Source: Selaginella moellendorffii
Lineage: Eukaryota > Plantae > Lycopodiophyta
Direction: 5' to 3'
Assembly (NCBI RefSeq): GCF_000143415.4
Contig: NW_003314375.1
Location: 372,001 to 436,000 of the forward strand
Length of the DNA stretch: 64,000 bases
Shown here: in pieces, positions 11,900-26,541 of the stretch
How the letters are laid out: each line of letters starts with the position of its first letter
Numbering within the stretch: position 1 is the first letter of the stretch
Notes under the pieces: model-generated
The model's input: only the letters and a program-made list of their open reading frames with translations
What the model was told of the DNA's origin: nothing
Database searches by the model: none
Position numbers and translations under genes: made by a program

Positions 11900-13400
11900 T
11901 CACAACATATTGATTCGGTAGAAATTTTTGGCTCCAAATGGACATATAAGCATGAAAGTCAAAAGGAATGAAATGCCTGTCCTATTGGATTACCCCAAGT
12001 TCATCAAGTAGTATTTGCTTGACTATATCAATATAATATTGCCTTTTGGAACCTTAATATTGACTTCTTATGTCAATGTTTTTGACACCTTTCATTGTAT
12101 ATATTGTGCATATTTTACTTCCCCATCCTAAAAAGTTTTTTTATTAAGGACACCATCATCTTTTCTTTTATATCATACCAACCTATGCACTAAACTTCAT
12201 TTATCCAAAATTTGTGTTAGGATTCCAATAGCCTTATCATTTAACTACATAACCACTCTATCTCTTAGAGTGTTCACCTTTTGTCAAAGCAAAGCACTTG
12301 GAAATCCCATTCTTTGGAATTTTATTACTTTTCCCATAATCCATTAGCATCCATAATATAGTGGTTTTCCCCTAATTTATCATTTGGATTCCCTCTAATA
12401 ATTACAAAAACCCATTCTTAGTCATTAATCATTTGCTCCTATCCATTAATTATTACACCAAACAACTTAGGATCATTACCTTTGTCATTAGGGTGTTTTT
12501 TTATTTTATAGAAAAGGCTCTACTTTGTCGAATCTAAAGGGTGTTCACCCCTAGTAAGTTTTACTAGCAGTCTCTATTGCAGACACTATCCACAGTTCAA
12601 TTTTATAACTTTTTTATAAGTCCTTTAGAAATTATTTTCTTGAATTCATAATACCATTATATTGTTAAAAATCATTTCACTTAAATGTTTTTCCCACTTG
12701 GTCACCTTGACTAAGTCATACCATACCATTTATTTAAATCACTATAGGAACAACATTCTTTAACCCAGTAAAAAGTTTGCCCTTGACTATCCAACCATAG
12801 AATCACCTAGTAATCCTATATAGACATCTCAATGAGTTTATCAATAAGTACTAAGTTTGCTAGGGCTTTGAGTTGTTGGCCATGGATTGGGGGTATAATA
12901 TTAGTATATCCCGAGTGTAGCTAGAACCCACAAATACTACTTTAACCCCAATTGGATAGATTGATGTAATAGAGACACAATAATGGCAAAACTCATGTAT
13001 GATACTCAAGTTGATAAACACTTTTTTTGCTAATAATGACAAGCTTTTGTTCTGCATTATTGTAGGAAAACAAAAAGAACTACTTAATAACCAATTCATT
13101 CAAGTTCAAATATAAAAGGAAAAAGCCTATGAACAAAAGTGCACTTAATTAATGGTATTTAGATATTTGGGGTAAGTAAGGTAACTTTTGGATATTTAGG
13201 GTTAAGGAGTACTAGGAAGTCTAAACTTCAAAGTTTTAAATTAGGTATAAAAAAGATCTTATGTCCGACTTTGTTATTTAGTTGGGGAAATCACATCATA
13301 TGTTAAAATTAACATTTAATAGTCCAATATGTTCTAGTTGAGCTAGACCCAAGGGGTAGGGTGGACTCTAAAGAAACCTATTACTCTTACCCTTATGAAT
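11900..13400 (-). mobile_element. Highly decayed internal region of an LTR retroelement, homologous to ~56900-57900 (+)
   Basis: The reverse complement of ~12650-12725 (ggtatgacttagtcaaggtgaccaagtggg) matches 57117 onward, and that of ~12520-12600 matches ~57240-57330. Differences are mostly G>A/C>T. Boundaries are approximate. Confidence 0.6.
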
Positions 13401-13909
13401 AATATTAATATTTAATATTTCAAAATCAAATATTAAAAGAAGTGGTAAGTATAGAAGGCATCACAATGCAAATTGATGCAGCCCATGCCAAAACTACTTT
13501 TGACTATGATCCATTAAAAATGCTAAAAAACTCTTGAAAATAGCACTACAAATCAAGCTAGTGTAGAACACAATAAATATCCTTACATAAAAAAAAATTG
13601 ACTACATATTTATACATATAATAGCAACTTCTTTATACTTGATGCTATAATATATTTAATTATCTCTAGACTACAAGTTTAAAATGACTTAAAATTGCTC
13701 TATAAAGTATATAAAATGTATGAACTAATAATCTTTGAAATAAACTACTCAAACATCTGGACAATAAATATTCAAAGCCATTAGTTATGAATAGATTGCA
13801 TCACTTTAGTATCAATGGCTACCCCTATCAAAGGAAATAGACATTGGTAAGTTTATTTTAAGCAATTACTTTGGAAGATAGTCTACTTCTATCTTGATGA
13901 CTGAATAGT

Positions 13910-14260
13910 GTAAGCAACTAATTTTTCCATTCTACTATAGTCACTTAATCACACCTTTGACCACTTGGAAAAGTCTTACTCACCACCTCCATAAGTCTTA
14001 TTCTAGACTTAAGGACTTGCTAGCCCTGTGAATGGCATCTATGCTAGTTAGTCTTTGCATTTGGTTCAAGTGCTCCACGTATCCAATCCCATAATTGACA
14101 CCCAAGGGTAGCACCGACATATCAGTCTGTTACGTTGGGGCCATGTCATTCACCCTTGCCACATTAGCAGTCCAAGACCACTTACATCACAGTCCCGTCT
14201 CTCAAAGACTGAGCCATTTGTCCATGAGTGGTCATTGTAGCGCATTTGAATTTGGAGCCA
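13910..14260. mobile_element. Truncated copy of LTR family B (same terminus as 27730 and 59711)
   Basis: tgtaagcaactaatttttccattctactatagtcacttaatcacacc matches tgtaagcgactaaattttccattctactttagtcacttaaccacacc at 27730 for ~340 bp. Confidence 0.75.
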
Positions 14261-14483
14261 AACCCCAAGTCTGTTGTATTACGAAACGAGGGTTTGGTAC
14301 AATTCCACAAGCACTAGCTCCCCGTATCTAGCTCCTACATGTAAAATGATGTTAGACAGTGTTTAGCACGATTTTGGCATACTAGTGGCCTAACACAAGG
14401 AAGAGGTTACCCTAATGACTAGAGCAGCATAGAGCTTGGGCTTAAAAGCCAGATGCAAAACAAAGTGCAACACAGCCCAATAT

Positions 14484-14600
14484 GAGCCAAATTAATGGTT
14501 GTCAAACATGCATTTCAAACACTATCATTTGAAACCCCCCATAGCCAAATTAATGGTGGTCAAACATGCATTTCAAACACTATCATTTGAAACCCCCCAT
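14484..14600. repeat. ~58-bp tandem duplication
   Basis: agccaaattaatggt(t/g)gtcaaacatgcatttcaaacactatcatttgaaacccccc occurs twice head-to-tail. Confidence 0.85.
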
Positions 14601-16130
14601 AACCACTTTGGGCTTTCACCCCAAGCCTCCCTTAGTACCAGGAGTTAGTCTCTGGGACAAACTTGAAACTTACTAAATATGGAATGTCCCTAGATTATGA
14701 ATTTGGACACGGGACAAACACCATTGTGTTCAGGATAATCTCTACATTCTATAGATATGCCAAATGAGCAAATCTAAACATTTTCTATAAATAGCATTTG
14801 ATACTAAAATGAGACTAACACAAAAGGTATAATAGTGAGGGTGTTTGCAGACATAGTAAGCTATCATCTAGCGAATATTGAGGGACCAATCTCAATATCG
14901 CGGGGTTCCCAACACCAGCAAGTGCAAGCCAACAACATAAGTTTCTCGTCACTGTATCAAATATGCTCGATTTAATGACAACTTGGGATTTCTTTCCTTA
15001 GTACCCTTCCGGTCTAAGTGGGTGGAGACCATAAAAAGAACTAATAGTACCGACTTCTTGCAGTCATGGTAGTAAAGAAAGAGTGGACTGGTCGACAAGT
15101 ATCTTTCGATACCCAAAGTCACATTCATGACATTTTCCCCCCCTTTAAGGAAGATCGATGTCCTCGTCGATGCATACTTGAGTCTAGGAAACCATCAAGG
15201 AAATAATTATGAAAGTTAATGGAAAGCACATTATGTGGGAAACACACTAATTTAAATGAGTTATGGAACTACCTCTCCTCTATGTTTAAAGATGTGAAGA
15301 CTTAGACACCCTCCAGTTGTCACTAACAAGAAAAATGACTAATGGAATTAACCACCCTTGCTGCTCCGAGTACCACTTGGCTTACAAAGGAATGATACAT
15401 CCCCACTCGTAGGGACATAAGGAGAAGGCCAGAGGCCTAACTTCCCCTAAGCAAAAAATCAACCCATCAGGAAGATTTAGACAACTATTATAAACTGGTA
15501 GATGAACTTATTTATATGACCATGCCCCTTTTCAAAAATAAGTCATCGAGAGAGAGGTGAAGACTTGTAATCAGTCTATAATAGTTATCCCTATGGTTAT
15601 GGATTGAACCCATGCACCAAAGTGCCGAAGTCAACTTATCAAAACTAACCTAAGTACTAATGAATGAGGGAAATAAAATGTAAATATATTACTTTATTGA
15701 TTTGTAAAATTTATTACAAGATTTACAAGAGCTAGTCTTTATTACAATTCTCATACTCCGTGACAAGTTCACGAGCATGTATAAAATTCCTAAAAGGCTC
15801 CCAAGTTAATTCACAAGATAGGTAATCTTTCCACTTAACTAAATATTTTTTGGTTCGACCACCACATGCCTTACGAGACAAAAGAATAACCTCAACCTCA
15901 TACTTTGGTTCACCATCAATAACATCTAGAGCTGAACGGACATCCCTAGAGTGGCCAGGATCCTCATGATATGGGGCTAGCAAACTAACATGAAACACAT
16001 CATGAAGTCTGGACATCTCTTATGGAATATCCAATTAATAGGATACATCACCAATTTGTTTCAACACCCGATAGGGTCCAACATATTGTGGTAATAGCTT
16101 TCAAGAGAAAGATACCTTAATATTCACGGT
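14600..16130 (-). mobile_element. Ty3/Gypsy chromovirus relic: integrase C-terminus/chromodomain (16130-15732), PPT (~15150-15137), 3' LTR of family A starting at 15132
   Basis: ORF 15732..16016 reads LHDVFHVSLL...YEVEVIL...KYLVKWKDY...TWEP (chromodomain). On the minus strand, aaagggggggaaaa is followed by TGTCATGAATGTGAC, the same LTR start as 37178. Confidence 0.8.
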
Positions 16131-16217
16131 AAATAATTTTTCAATCATATTATCATTCACAAATCCATACTAACATTTTTTATACTTTTTTTGTACAACT
16201 TAGTGCTCATATCCATC

Positions 16218-16670
16218 ATGCTGGATGCCGAAACATTGTTCCTATATGTCACCAGTCAGCCAATTGAGGTGTCAATCCACAACGATTATGATAACAATGT
16301 TGGGCGGGGATCTGGGGAATCAGCAGCTTTTGTAGCATCTCGCAGTGACTTTCAGCAAGGAATCACCATCATCAGGCAATGTGTGGATTTTTGTGCAGTC
16401 GGGGTTCAGATATATGATACAAGTTGCTCGTATCAAGTGAATCAGGTGAGTGTCACGGGTTCAAACAACATCTCTCGCACTTTCCAGGTTAATGAGACCT
16501 TAAGACCAAACGAACTCATCTTAATGAGGAATTATGCTTCAGTATACAGAACTCAGTGCAATGGGTCTAATCCGTACCCCATCAGAATTGGTGCAGCGAC
16601 TGTGCTCGTTCCAAGGGCCTGTAAAACTAACACCACTGCTACACCAGCTAGAATCATATGTCCATGCTAA
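16218..16670 (+). CDS. Uncharacterised Cys-containing, beta-rich ORF or last exon
   Basis: A 150-codon open frame in AT-rich DNA with protein-like composition, ending ...ARIICPC*. No family recognised. Confidence 0.3.
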   Translation: MLDAETLFLYVTSQPIEVSIHNDYDNNVGRGSGESAAFVASRSDFQQGITIIRQCVDFCAVGVQIYDTSCSYQVNQVSVTGSNNISRTFQVNETLRPNELILMRNYASVYRTQCNGSNPYPIRIGAATVLVPRACKTNTTATPARIICPC

Positions 16671-19600
16671 GGAAACTCAAGCATGGAAAATAAGGGAATA
16701 ATGGGGGCCAGTTCTACGAAGATAGTCAGTCTCCTAAATCTCAGAATAACGATCTATTTGAATGTTATGCTCTATAGATCAAAATGCTAAAGCCTATTAA
16801 ATCTGAATATTCATCAAATTTGCTTGGATGAACCAAAGTTCTTGATGAAACAAAGCTAAGTGTTTGTGTTAGATCTCTTTGAATGCGGTTTGTATCAGCT
16901 TAAGTTCTTATTCCTCCTCATACGATTCTACTCACAGGTCTACTGCTCGCACCACTTTGATAACTGAGCCCAGTGATCGATCTCTCCAAGAACATCCTCT
17001 TGTTAAATCCATCAAACTCACAGTTTCTACCTGTGAGTAGAATTGTCCCATCCATAACTCGGCTGACGAGTTAGTCTGGCACTCTCCTCATAGCAATGGA
17101 TGCCATCTCTCCCACTCCTGCCTGATCTACACTGACCATGGAGGGCTGGAAGACTATCTCTGAATCGTTCCACACCAAGTCCTATTTGGTAATCAATATC
17201 AGTAAGAGGCCGTTGTATTACAAACTCTGGCATTATTATCTGCGGTCCTGGTGGTGGCACTGAAGTATATGAAAGATCAATTTCCTGGAAGTAAAGCAGT
17301 TAGGAAGGAAAAACAAAAGTAGTGAGTGATATACCTTGAGTCTCGAGGTTAGACGACTCAGTTTTGCTTCATCTTCATCTACATCTTCTTCTACTTCTTC
17401 TTTGTAGTCTCAGTCCATTTGCTTGTACATATGCCAATCCTCATCATTCATGCCAAAAGTATCTTCGGTTGCATTAACAGTTTCATTTGTTCTCTCTACA
17501 TGGCAGTCAGCCTTTCACTTTTGACCGCCAGTCTGCAACTACAGTACCATGACCGTTGGTTGTGCAAACCTTCTACTGTTTTCTTTGGTCTACCTTGGTT
17601 GAAACTTCACAATGCCTGGCCTTCAGCTCCTCCAGATACTTCTCCAGGTTTTCCCTATGACAAGAAAGAGATGTAAATATTTAGAAAGAAAAAGATGTAA
17701 AAGATGTACAAGCAATGCTCTTCTTCCATTTGTTGCTTGTGCTCTCTCTACAGGGACTCCTCTTAACATCTTTGCCTTGCTCGAATATGTCCCTCAACTG
17801 CATGATCCTGATTTTTCCAGTGGTGCTGTTGTTTTAAAAAATTTGTTCTCTACACAGACAGAGACACAGAGAGAGAGAGAGAGGGGGGGGGGGGGGGAGA
17901 GAGAGAGAGTATACTACCAATGCTCTCTCCTCGTGAATCACTTTCCTCCCTGCCCTAAAAGGCATTTGATTTTTTTTATGATCCCAAAAGTCATGACTTT
18001 CCATTATTTAATCTTAACTGTTAGATTTGGGCATATGCCCAGAATAAATATGTTATTATTATACCAGCTCTTTCATTTAAATATATGAGTAATAGCAAGG
18101 ATCCCAGAATATTTTTACTTTGAAAAGATATTGTAATTATTCAAGTTATTTCTTTTTTGCTTTCTCGTAGTAGGTTTATTATTATAGATTGCTACTAAGA
18201 CTTACAACTTTGATTCCACATCTATGTATTCTACAGCTTTACCAAGTTAGCTACTAAGCTTTTCTAGTTTTGATTCTAAGCTGTGCCTGCTACGGCTTTG
18301 TTTTTTCTCAGAACCAGCTTGAGCAAGAAAATCACAAACATCATGCAGTGATGGAAGCAGTAATAGGTTGATGACCCTTATGTGGAAATCCACATTTGCA
18401 GTTAAGTTCTTAAATATTGTGTCGTAACTCTTAGAAATGGAGCTCTACCTTGGCTGCATTCAAAACTAAAGAATGATTGAAATCAGAAAACATGAGGAAG
18501 ATAAGCAAATTGTAAGTTCAGTGCAGATGATGTGGACAAATCTCACAGATGGTGTCCACTTTTTAGTTGCACCAGTGCTGCACATAATTTTGATGAGCAT
18601 ACTACCAAACACAAAAGAGAATGAGGAAGAGCCAAAAAATTGCTTAGAACTCTCAAACAACACAAAGAACAAAGTCCCTACTTTCAACCTGTCACAACAA
18701 GAGCACAGGATTTTGGGATTCCCAGCCTTGTCCTTCCCTTGCCAAATTCTACTTTTGTCCTACTGGGATTTTAGTGATGGTGGCTTTGCGGAGTGATCCT
18801 TGTGATGGTGGTGATGCTACTGAACATGAAAAAACTAGTTTTGGATCAGTAGTGATGAGCTGGTTCCATTCTTTTGGAAATGGGATTCGCCCAAACCAGC
18901 ACCAAGTCTTTCAATGTCCATGTGTGGAGAGCAAAGAACACAACCAGCACATCTTTGATTCCATGGCAGCCAGGAGCATTGCACCATGGAACTTACAGCC
19001 AGGTAGGAGATATCAAACAAGGAGAAATCTAACTCAAGAAACTTTGCCACGCTCAGCAAGGGATGAGTAATTCTCACAGTCGACTTGGATGCATAACTCC
19101 ATGCAATCTCAACAACATCAAATGAAAAAGAGCGAGCATGACAAGGAAATCGACGCAAGCATGACAAGGAAAAGAAAGAGTACACATACCTCAAGTGGTC
19201 ATCAGGGAGAGGAGTGACAGGAGACTGGACTCTTGCTGTGTAGCATTTAAAAGGCTGAAAAACAAAGGTGAGACATCGGACACCAAGGGAAAAAAAAGGA
19301 AAGAATGATTGAAATCAGCGAATATGAGCAACGTAAGAAAATCATAAGTTCAGTGCAGATGACGTTACCTGCTGACAAATCTCGCAGATGGTGTTCCCTT
19401 ATCCTTATTCCCAGTGGCTACATTGGGAACCGAGAACTATGCCAAGCTGCAGTACTCCTGGCCTCATGGAATAAAAACTGTTCTGGTTTCTATTGAGCCC
19501 ATCCTGCATGAATCAAGTAGCCAAAGCTCCAGAGAACATCATTGAGAGCATCTTAGCAAGGTATGAATCGAAAGATCCTATCCAGTCTGAAATGCCTTGT

Positions 19601-20654
19601 TAGAAGCACTATTGACATGGCTTCAACGTTTTGGAGATGATGATGCACACAATGTCCTCCTGTCTAGAGGAGCTGAGACAGAATTTTACAAAACGTGCTC
19701 AAGGTATCTTGCTTTTGTTATCCAACCTCACTATTCTCCCAAGGTTTAAAACTCTACTTTCTACCAGGAAGTTTTCCCGAGCACCTCCTCCCAAGCTGTG
19801 ATCCTACACGTACAGCCTAATCATCAATTCACACAGCTTGTCTAGTGCAGAAGATCATTCAAGTCCATTACTAATGTCAAATAATGTTGGAATTGTCGAA
19901 GCCTTCAAAACTGGATCAAAGTTTTGATTCAGTAACTGGCTCAGTAACTTCAGCAGCACATGCAAGACAATAACCGGATGATCAACTGTAATTATAACCC
20001 ACACCTGAGCAGCATTCACCTTTAGAATGCGTTAGCAGTCCATCCACCCAACAAAAAAATGACAGTCCTAGAGTACGAAATGAAAGCAATACCTGTCAAA
20101 AGAAACTTGTCTCCACGAATGGATTCTTGCCAAACTCCAAGGAGCTCACAGATCAATTGGGATTGTAAGTTATTTGATGTGGGATAGAATGGCTGGGGTT
20201 GAGATTTGCCAGAGCCTGTTAGAGAAAGACTGAGCTCGGCAAACATATTAGCTGAGTATGTGCACCCTAGATGTGGCACTTTATGAGTTGTGCACCATGC
20301 AAGAATACCGCAACCATAAACTCTCTGCCTTTCAATTCTGTAACAATAGAAAATCTACAACAAACAACATGGAATTAGTGTACAAAAGAAGAAAAGTGGT
20401 TACAAATTCACCATACCTGGCTTCATATTTCAATATCCAAGGTCTGTCAAGAACTGTAGGATCTTGCTCCATAAATTTGGTCTCCTTAAACCTAAAAATT
20501 CCAAAGCTATGAATCTAGAATTCAAAAGGTGCCACTGTTTTTGCCACAATGTTAACTATCTTCACTGTTCTTTTGGATCATCATATATCTAGTCCGTTCG
20601 ATTACCATAAGTAAAAATGGATATTCTAAAAATGGAATATGTGACGTCAATGCC

Positions 20655-20754
20655 NNNNNNNNNNNNNNNNNNNNNNNNNNNNNNNNNNNNNNNNNNNNNN
20701 NNNNNNNNNNNNNNNNNNNNNNNNNNNNNNNNNNNNNNNNNNNNNNNNNNNNNN
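20655..20754. other. Assembly gap (100 N)
   Basis: Run of N. Confidence 1.
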
Positions 20755-22786
20755 TAGGAGTCTTATTGAAGGACACTTTCTAATATTACAATGTTAGAAA
20801 TTTTGGTTGTATACAAGGTTAAATCTATCTACATTTTGCTACTATTCAATGTATAATAATGCAATTAGATAATAATGCAAGTGTTGGGGAAGATAAAATA
20901 ATTTTTTAATCATCATTAAATTTGAATTTGAATTTATTGCCTTTATAGAAAGGTACAAAAACCTAAACACAAGATTGCTACCATGCTTTAAAAGCAATTG
21001 AGTTTTCATAAAACAGAAGAATTATAGACTACCAAAAAATAATAAGCTACTTTGGAGAAATTATAATTTTCATTGCATACTTACCTAACTATTTTATCTG
21101 AACTATAATGATGCTTCTAACTTTCATAGTTTACTAAAGAATTATAAAATGTTTATTATGTGTCTGGTTTTACATTCAAAAATATATATAAGTAAATCTA
21201 TCTAGATATTCACACTACATTAGAGTTGTTGAAAAGAGGTACATCCAAAGATAATAATTATATTAGAGATATAACATTTGTATTAAGAAAAATCTGTACT
21301 AATGATTTATGATAAAATTATGCATTCATGTCTTATATATGACATGGTATATAATATGGTACAAGCAATCTCATACACATAAAATATCAAATCCATTTCT
21401 TAGTAATATGTCAAAAATAATAAATCCTTTTATAATTTCAATTAGTCTTCTTGCTCATAACCTTACTGTAATCTACCACCAGCTTTACATGAGTTTACAC
21501 TGTTTGTCTCAATATTTATACAATGATTTATTTGCTACGTTAGCTTATGTTATTATTATATAAAGGCAATAAATTTAATGATGATAAAAATGAATTTATC
21601 TTCCTCAACACTGCATTATTGTGCATTTCTCTGGATATGAATAATAGAAAAATTTAGATAAATTTAACTTTGTATACAATCCAAATTTTAACATTGTCAA
21701 ATTAGAAAAGAAGATTTCCTTCATAGTGAGTTTAGTGTTCTTCAGATTTGTAGAAAAGCTAATTGAGTTTTTTCTTGGATGGAATTCTTGTTAATTAAAG
21801 CATATCACTATTGATTAAAATTAGTTATACAACATTACTAGTAAATCAATCTAGTATGAAATGTTAAGAATAAACATATAAAATAACATTATTATATTCA
21901 TAATAACATCTAAGCTTTTTAGCAGAGCATTGTATTAAGGATTAAATATTTAAACACATTGCTTATCATCATTAAATAATGTCCAAAGATTTTACCAGTA
22001 ACTAACGAAAAACTAGTGAAGCTAGCTTACACAAAGAAATTGAAGTAATACTTGAAGTTTTATTACAATTGGCTAGTGAATATGACTAATACATTACTGA
22101 CATAAAATAATATAATGCAATTCCTAGCAGCTATTTTGATACACAATTATATACTCATGTTGGTTAGATGTCATTACTTTTAGTTTTACATGGCTATTGA
22201 TTTTTCTTATTTCTTTTTCCTTTATTTCTTCATCTTTTAAATGCCAAAAGGTTTGGAGAAAACCTTGTTATTATAATTAACTCTTCAAGAGAGTAACTGC
22301 AAAAGTTATATTTTTAAAAATTTTAAATTAATGTACATAGAAGAAAAGAAATTTGCAATATAAATCCATGAATCCTTGTTAGTATTAAAGATTTTCAGTG
22401 AAGAAAATTATGGTTTGTGAATTCTTTATAGTCATGTCCACCAGGGCATTACACTAAGGGTACAACATATCATACCATACTTTTTTCATAAAATATAAAT
22501 ATATAGATAAATGAAGTTAAATTCTACTAGCTTTTATAGTTTATAAATAATTGTATCGAGAACATAAAACTACTCATAAAAGTTCTCTATATAGCTGTTT
22601 TTAAGCATGGAAAACTTTCAAGAAATGAGACCATATGAGTCTAATAATTTATAATAATATAATAATTTTTACAACTTAAAAAATATCTATAATCCAGATT
22701 TTTATATATAATTATAATTATATTACCATATATAAAATTAGTTAAAATATATATATACATGGTAAAGTGCTATGTCTATGTTTTTA

Positions 22787-23234
22787 NNNNNNNNNNNNNN
22801 NNNNNNNNNNNNNNNNNNNNNNNNNNNNNNNNNNNNNNNNNNNNNNNNNNNNNNNNNNNNNNNNNNNNNNNNNNNNNNNNNNNNNNNNNNNNNNNNNNNN
22901 NNNNNNNNNNNNNNNNNNNNNNNNNNNNNNNNNNNNNNNNNNNNNNNNNNNNNNNNNNNNNNNNNNNNNNNNNNNNNNNNNNNNNNNNNNNNNNNNNNNN
23001 NNNNNNNNNNNNNNNNNNNNNNNNNNNNNNNNNNNNNNNNNNNNNNNNNNNNNNNNNNNNNNNNNNNNNNNNNNNNNNNNNNNNNNNNNNNNNNNNNNNN
23101 NNNNNNNNNNNNNNNNNNNNNNNNNNNNNNNNNNNNNNNNNNNNNNNNNNNNNNNNNNNNNNNNNNNNNNNNNNNNNNNNNNNNNNNNNNNNNNNNNNNN
23201 NNNNNNNNNNNNNNNNNNNNNNNNNNNNNNNNNN
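22787..23234. other. Assembly gap
   Basis: Run of N. Confidence 1.

Positions 23235-23280
<46 letters not shown>
23235..23280. repeat. (TA)n microsatellite adjacent to the gap
   Basis: Perfect TA dinucleotide run. Confidence 0.98.
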
Positions 23281-23281
<1 letters not shown>

Positions 23282-26200
23282 TCTATTTTTATTATTACAA
23301 TTGTATTATAAAATAGTGATTATTAGTGACATTATTAGAATTTTCTGACCACCATAGTGGTGAATGATATAATTGTCACGAATGTGCAATGGGCTTGGAG
23401 TTCGGCTCCAAAGTCATGTGCACTATAATAATGGAGGTTCTTTGCTTAAAAGAAGAAGTAAACCTGTATTGTCATAGAAGTGTCAAAATATCATCATGCG
23501 TGACAAAATTCCATTTTTTTGTTACTGCTCTAATCCCAATGTCTAATGCATGCCATTTATATTACCACAATAGTAATATAACTATTCAGTAGCTACATTA
23601 TATATAATTAAAAAGCTGTATTATTTGAATTTATTGAGAGTTTTATGATTTTTTAAATTTTGTTTAATATCATCATTTAAATTTATCATGGGAGGATAGA
23701 ATTCCTAGCATAAATTCTAACTTTTTATTTTTTTACCTATCTGGTATTTGTATGACATGTTGTTTCTCCTTTTTCTCTATATATTTTTAATTCTTATCGT
23801 GCTCATTGAATAGCCCACCATTTGATAAGATTTAACACCCTTTCAGCTGTTGAATCTTTGATAATAATGAATACAACTCCAAAACAAAATCAGTCTATCA
23901 AATTTATACCCAAGGAACTTCATGTGCTTGCATGTACCGCAACAACTCCTTAGATTATGGAACTGCAGAAGGTAGCTCAAGGTCTCTTTCATCTCTGAGA
24001 AGAAGCTAACAAAGCTTTTGCTTGTAGTAACCGGAGCATAGATGGTGAAAACTGGTGGCAAGGCCATGCACATGCTACTCAATTCCCAGCCAAGGCACTC
24101 TTAAAAGGATTGATTCACCAGGTTTAATATTTCTAGCATCACAAGTCTCCCTGCAAGCTGACTTGGTCACTCGCAGAAACTGAGAGACAGTCTAACCATG
24201 ACTTTAGGGATATATAGTTCCACTTATACCTAATGTGTTTTTTTTCTTTTTCTTCTTCTTTTTTTATAGCAACACTACTACCAAGTGAATTTCCATCTAT
24301 ATGTGAAATTGTGTATATCCCATTACATATAAATCTCAACGAAGTCTTTAGGACAACACATATTTGCTAGGTCTATCTACTTTTGACTCTCTCTCTCTCC
24401 CCCCCCTCCCCCCCCAATTTTTTTTTTCTCTTTTACTTCATTTCATGGAATGAAGGTGCTAAAATCAATAAAGTAGGCAGTCTATATTCTCAGATTGGAT
24501 TTAGGAGCATTTTTTTTATTTCAAACAAGTATCTTCTATTTTTTCTTCTTCTTTTTCTATCTCATCTTTGATAGTCTTACTATAACTTTTTTATATTGTT
24601 CTTTATCTCTTGTAGGTTATCAAAATGAAGTGTCAAAAAAATATTAATAGCAACTAACATATGTGTGTACATGTGTGTTTTAGATAGATTTGAAAGATGA
24701 CTCTTACTTCAAACATTTTTCTATCCCATTAAAACATCTTTAAAGACTTATTTATATTTTAGTCTAGTGTAGCTGGATTTCTTGCTAGTGTGTGTGTGTG
24801 TGTATTCTATTTTTATTATTAACGATTATGACTTTTTTTATATATTAAAAAAATATAAAACTTTTGACAACACTACTTTTTTATTAATATGTTAGGTTGC
24901 TAACTATGAATGACAAACATTATTTTCATACTTTTTATTTGGATAATAGTATCACCTTGTGAAGAGTAAATACTACATTTATAATTATCTTGGTCGCTCC
25001 TCTTGCAAATGAAAGTGCATGCTCTCTTGTGTCAGAAAAAAGAATAACTTTCATCTAAAAAGAAGTGCAAAAGAGAGAGATTTTGATTAGCATCGTAAAT
25101 TTTTTTAATGCTACTATAACAGCACCTTATGCGGTCCAGAATGAAGTCGGGTATCTGCGTGACTTTAGTCAGTGCTTGTTTTAGATTTTAGTGAAAATTG
25201 TGGCTACCAAGTTCTGAGAAGAATAATAACAAATGCGAGGAAGATTGAGAAGCAGTGTTGCTATCCCAGTCCAGTATAGAATCGCAGCTGAGGCCTTTGG
25301 AGCACCTACAGTGTTTGTCAGGAAAAGCAGAACAAGGCTTCATGAATCTACTGAATCAATTCTCTACACCCCAGTGGCTTGGCAACAAGAGATGGAATTC
25401 CTGAAGAAAAAAATGAAAGAAAATAGGAGGTTTATGTGTTTATGGCATCTGATCCACCTCTTTCCTGCCAAGAGCTTTGCGAGTTGAACTTCTCCTAGCT
25501 TGACTCTCAAAAGACTAATGTGGCCTTCAAGAACTTCCACTGGAATCACGAACAGCATGGTTGGAAAAAACACGAACACGCAAAGCATTACCCAGTCTTT
25601 CCCACACTGGTGAGATCCCACACTTGCCCAGTCTTTTTTTTTCCCGTTTATCTGCTGCCTCTCATCTTTTACTGGATTTGATTGAAGCTGCCAAACCATA
25701 CCAGCACTGTCAATTTCGCCTTCATTGCTGTCATTTCCCTTTCGTCAGTGTCACTGTCGACCTTGTGCAAAAATGAGTGACAGGAAGGGCCTTTTGCTCG
25801 TCTCTTTTTCTTCTTCTGGAGCTAACGTTCCTATTCCCTGCAACACAGATGGATTCAGATATATGGCCACAGAGATGGGATGTGGGCTTACTTTTTCTAC
25901 AGCTTCTCTTTCTCATCCTCCTCTATCTTGGTGTGCAAGTTGTCACTCTGCAGCAGCACAGAAATGATACCTTTTCCACTAACTACTCCCTAGAAGTCCA
26001 ACAGTCTCTTGTGCTCTCCAGAATCTGTGGCAGTGAGCTCTGGTAATGAGAAACAGATGGCAAACAAAAGTCACCTCTGATGTCCCCTTCTTCTTGAGGT
26101 CTTGGATGTGTAGTATACTGGATGAGAAAGTTCTACTTCTCATCCGGTGTGCTTCTTCTCCCATAATAAAATTTTAGCATCCAATATGCTCCAGATATGG

Positions 26201-26541
26201 ACAGCCATATTAACTGTTTCTTGAACCTAAAACCAAGATCTTTGCCACCATGTAACAATCCCCACCATTGCTTTGGAGCGTCACAGATCTGGATCGTTGA
26301 ATCAAGAGCATCTATCATAAGTAAAAATGGATATTCTAAAAATGGAATATGTGATGCTGATGCCAAAAGAGTAAGATGATAAAGGAGTACTAGCAAAGAC
26401 CTCACCTCCGCTGGGAGATACAGCATACCCAAGATAAATAGATCTTTTTTTCTAATTTTACAATATTAGAAATTTTGATTGTATACTTTGTTAAATTTAT
26501 CTTAATTTTACTACTATTCATCTCCAGAAAAACGTACAATA

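Noticed and set aside
17000-20550. Possible exon fragments, including a ~90-bp duplication at 18473 and 19305
   Set aside because: No consistent reading frame or recognisable domain.
22759-23348. ORFs spanning the N run
   Set aside because: Artefacts of the assembly gap and the TA microsatellite.
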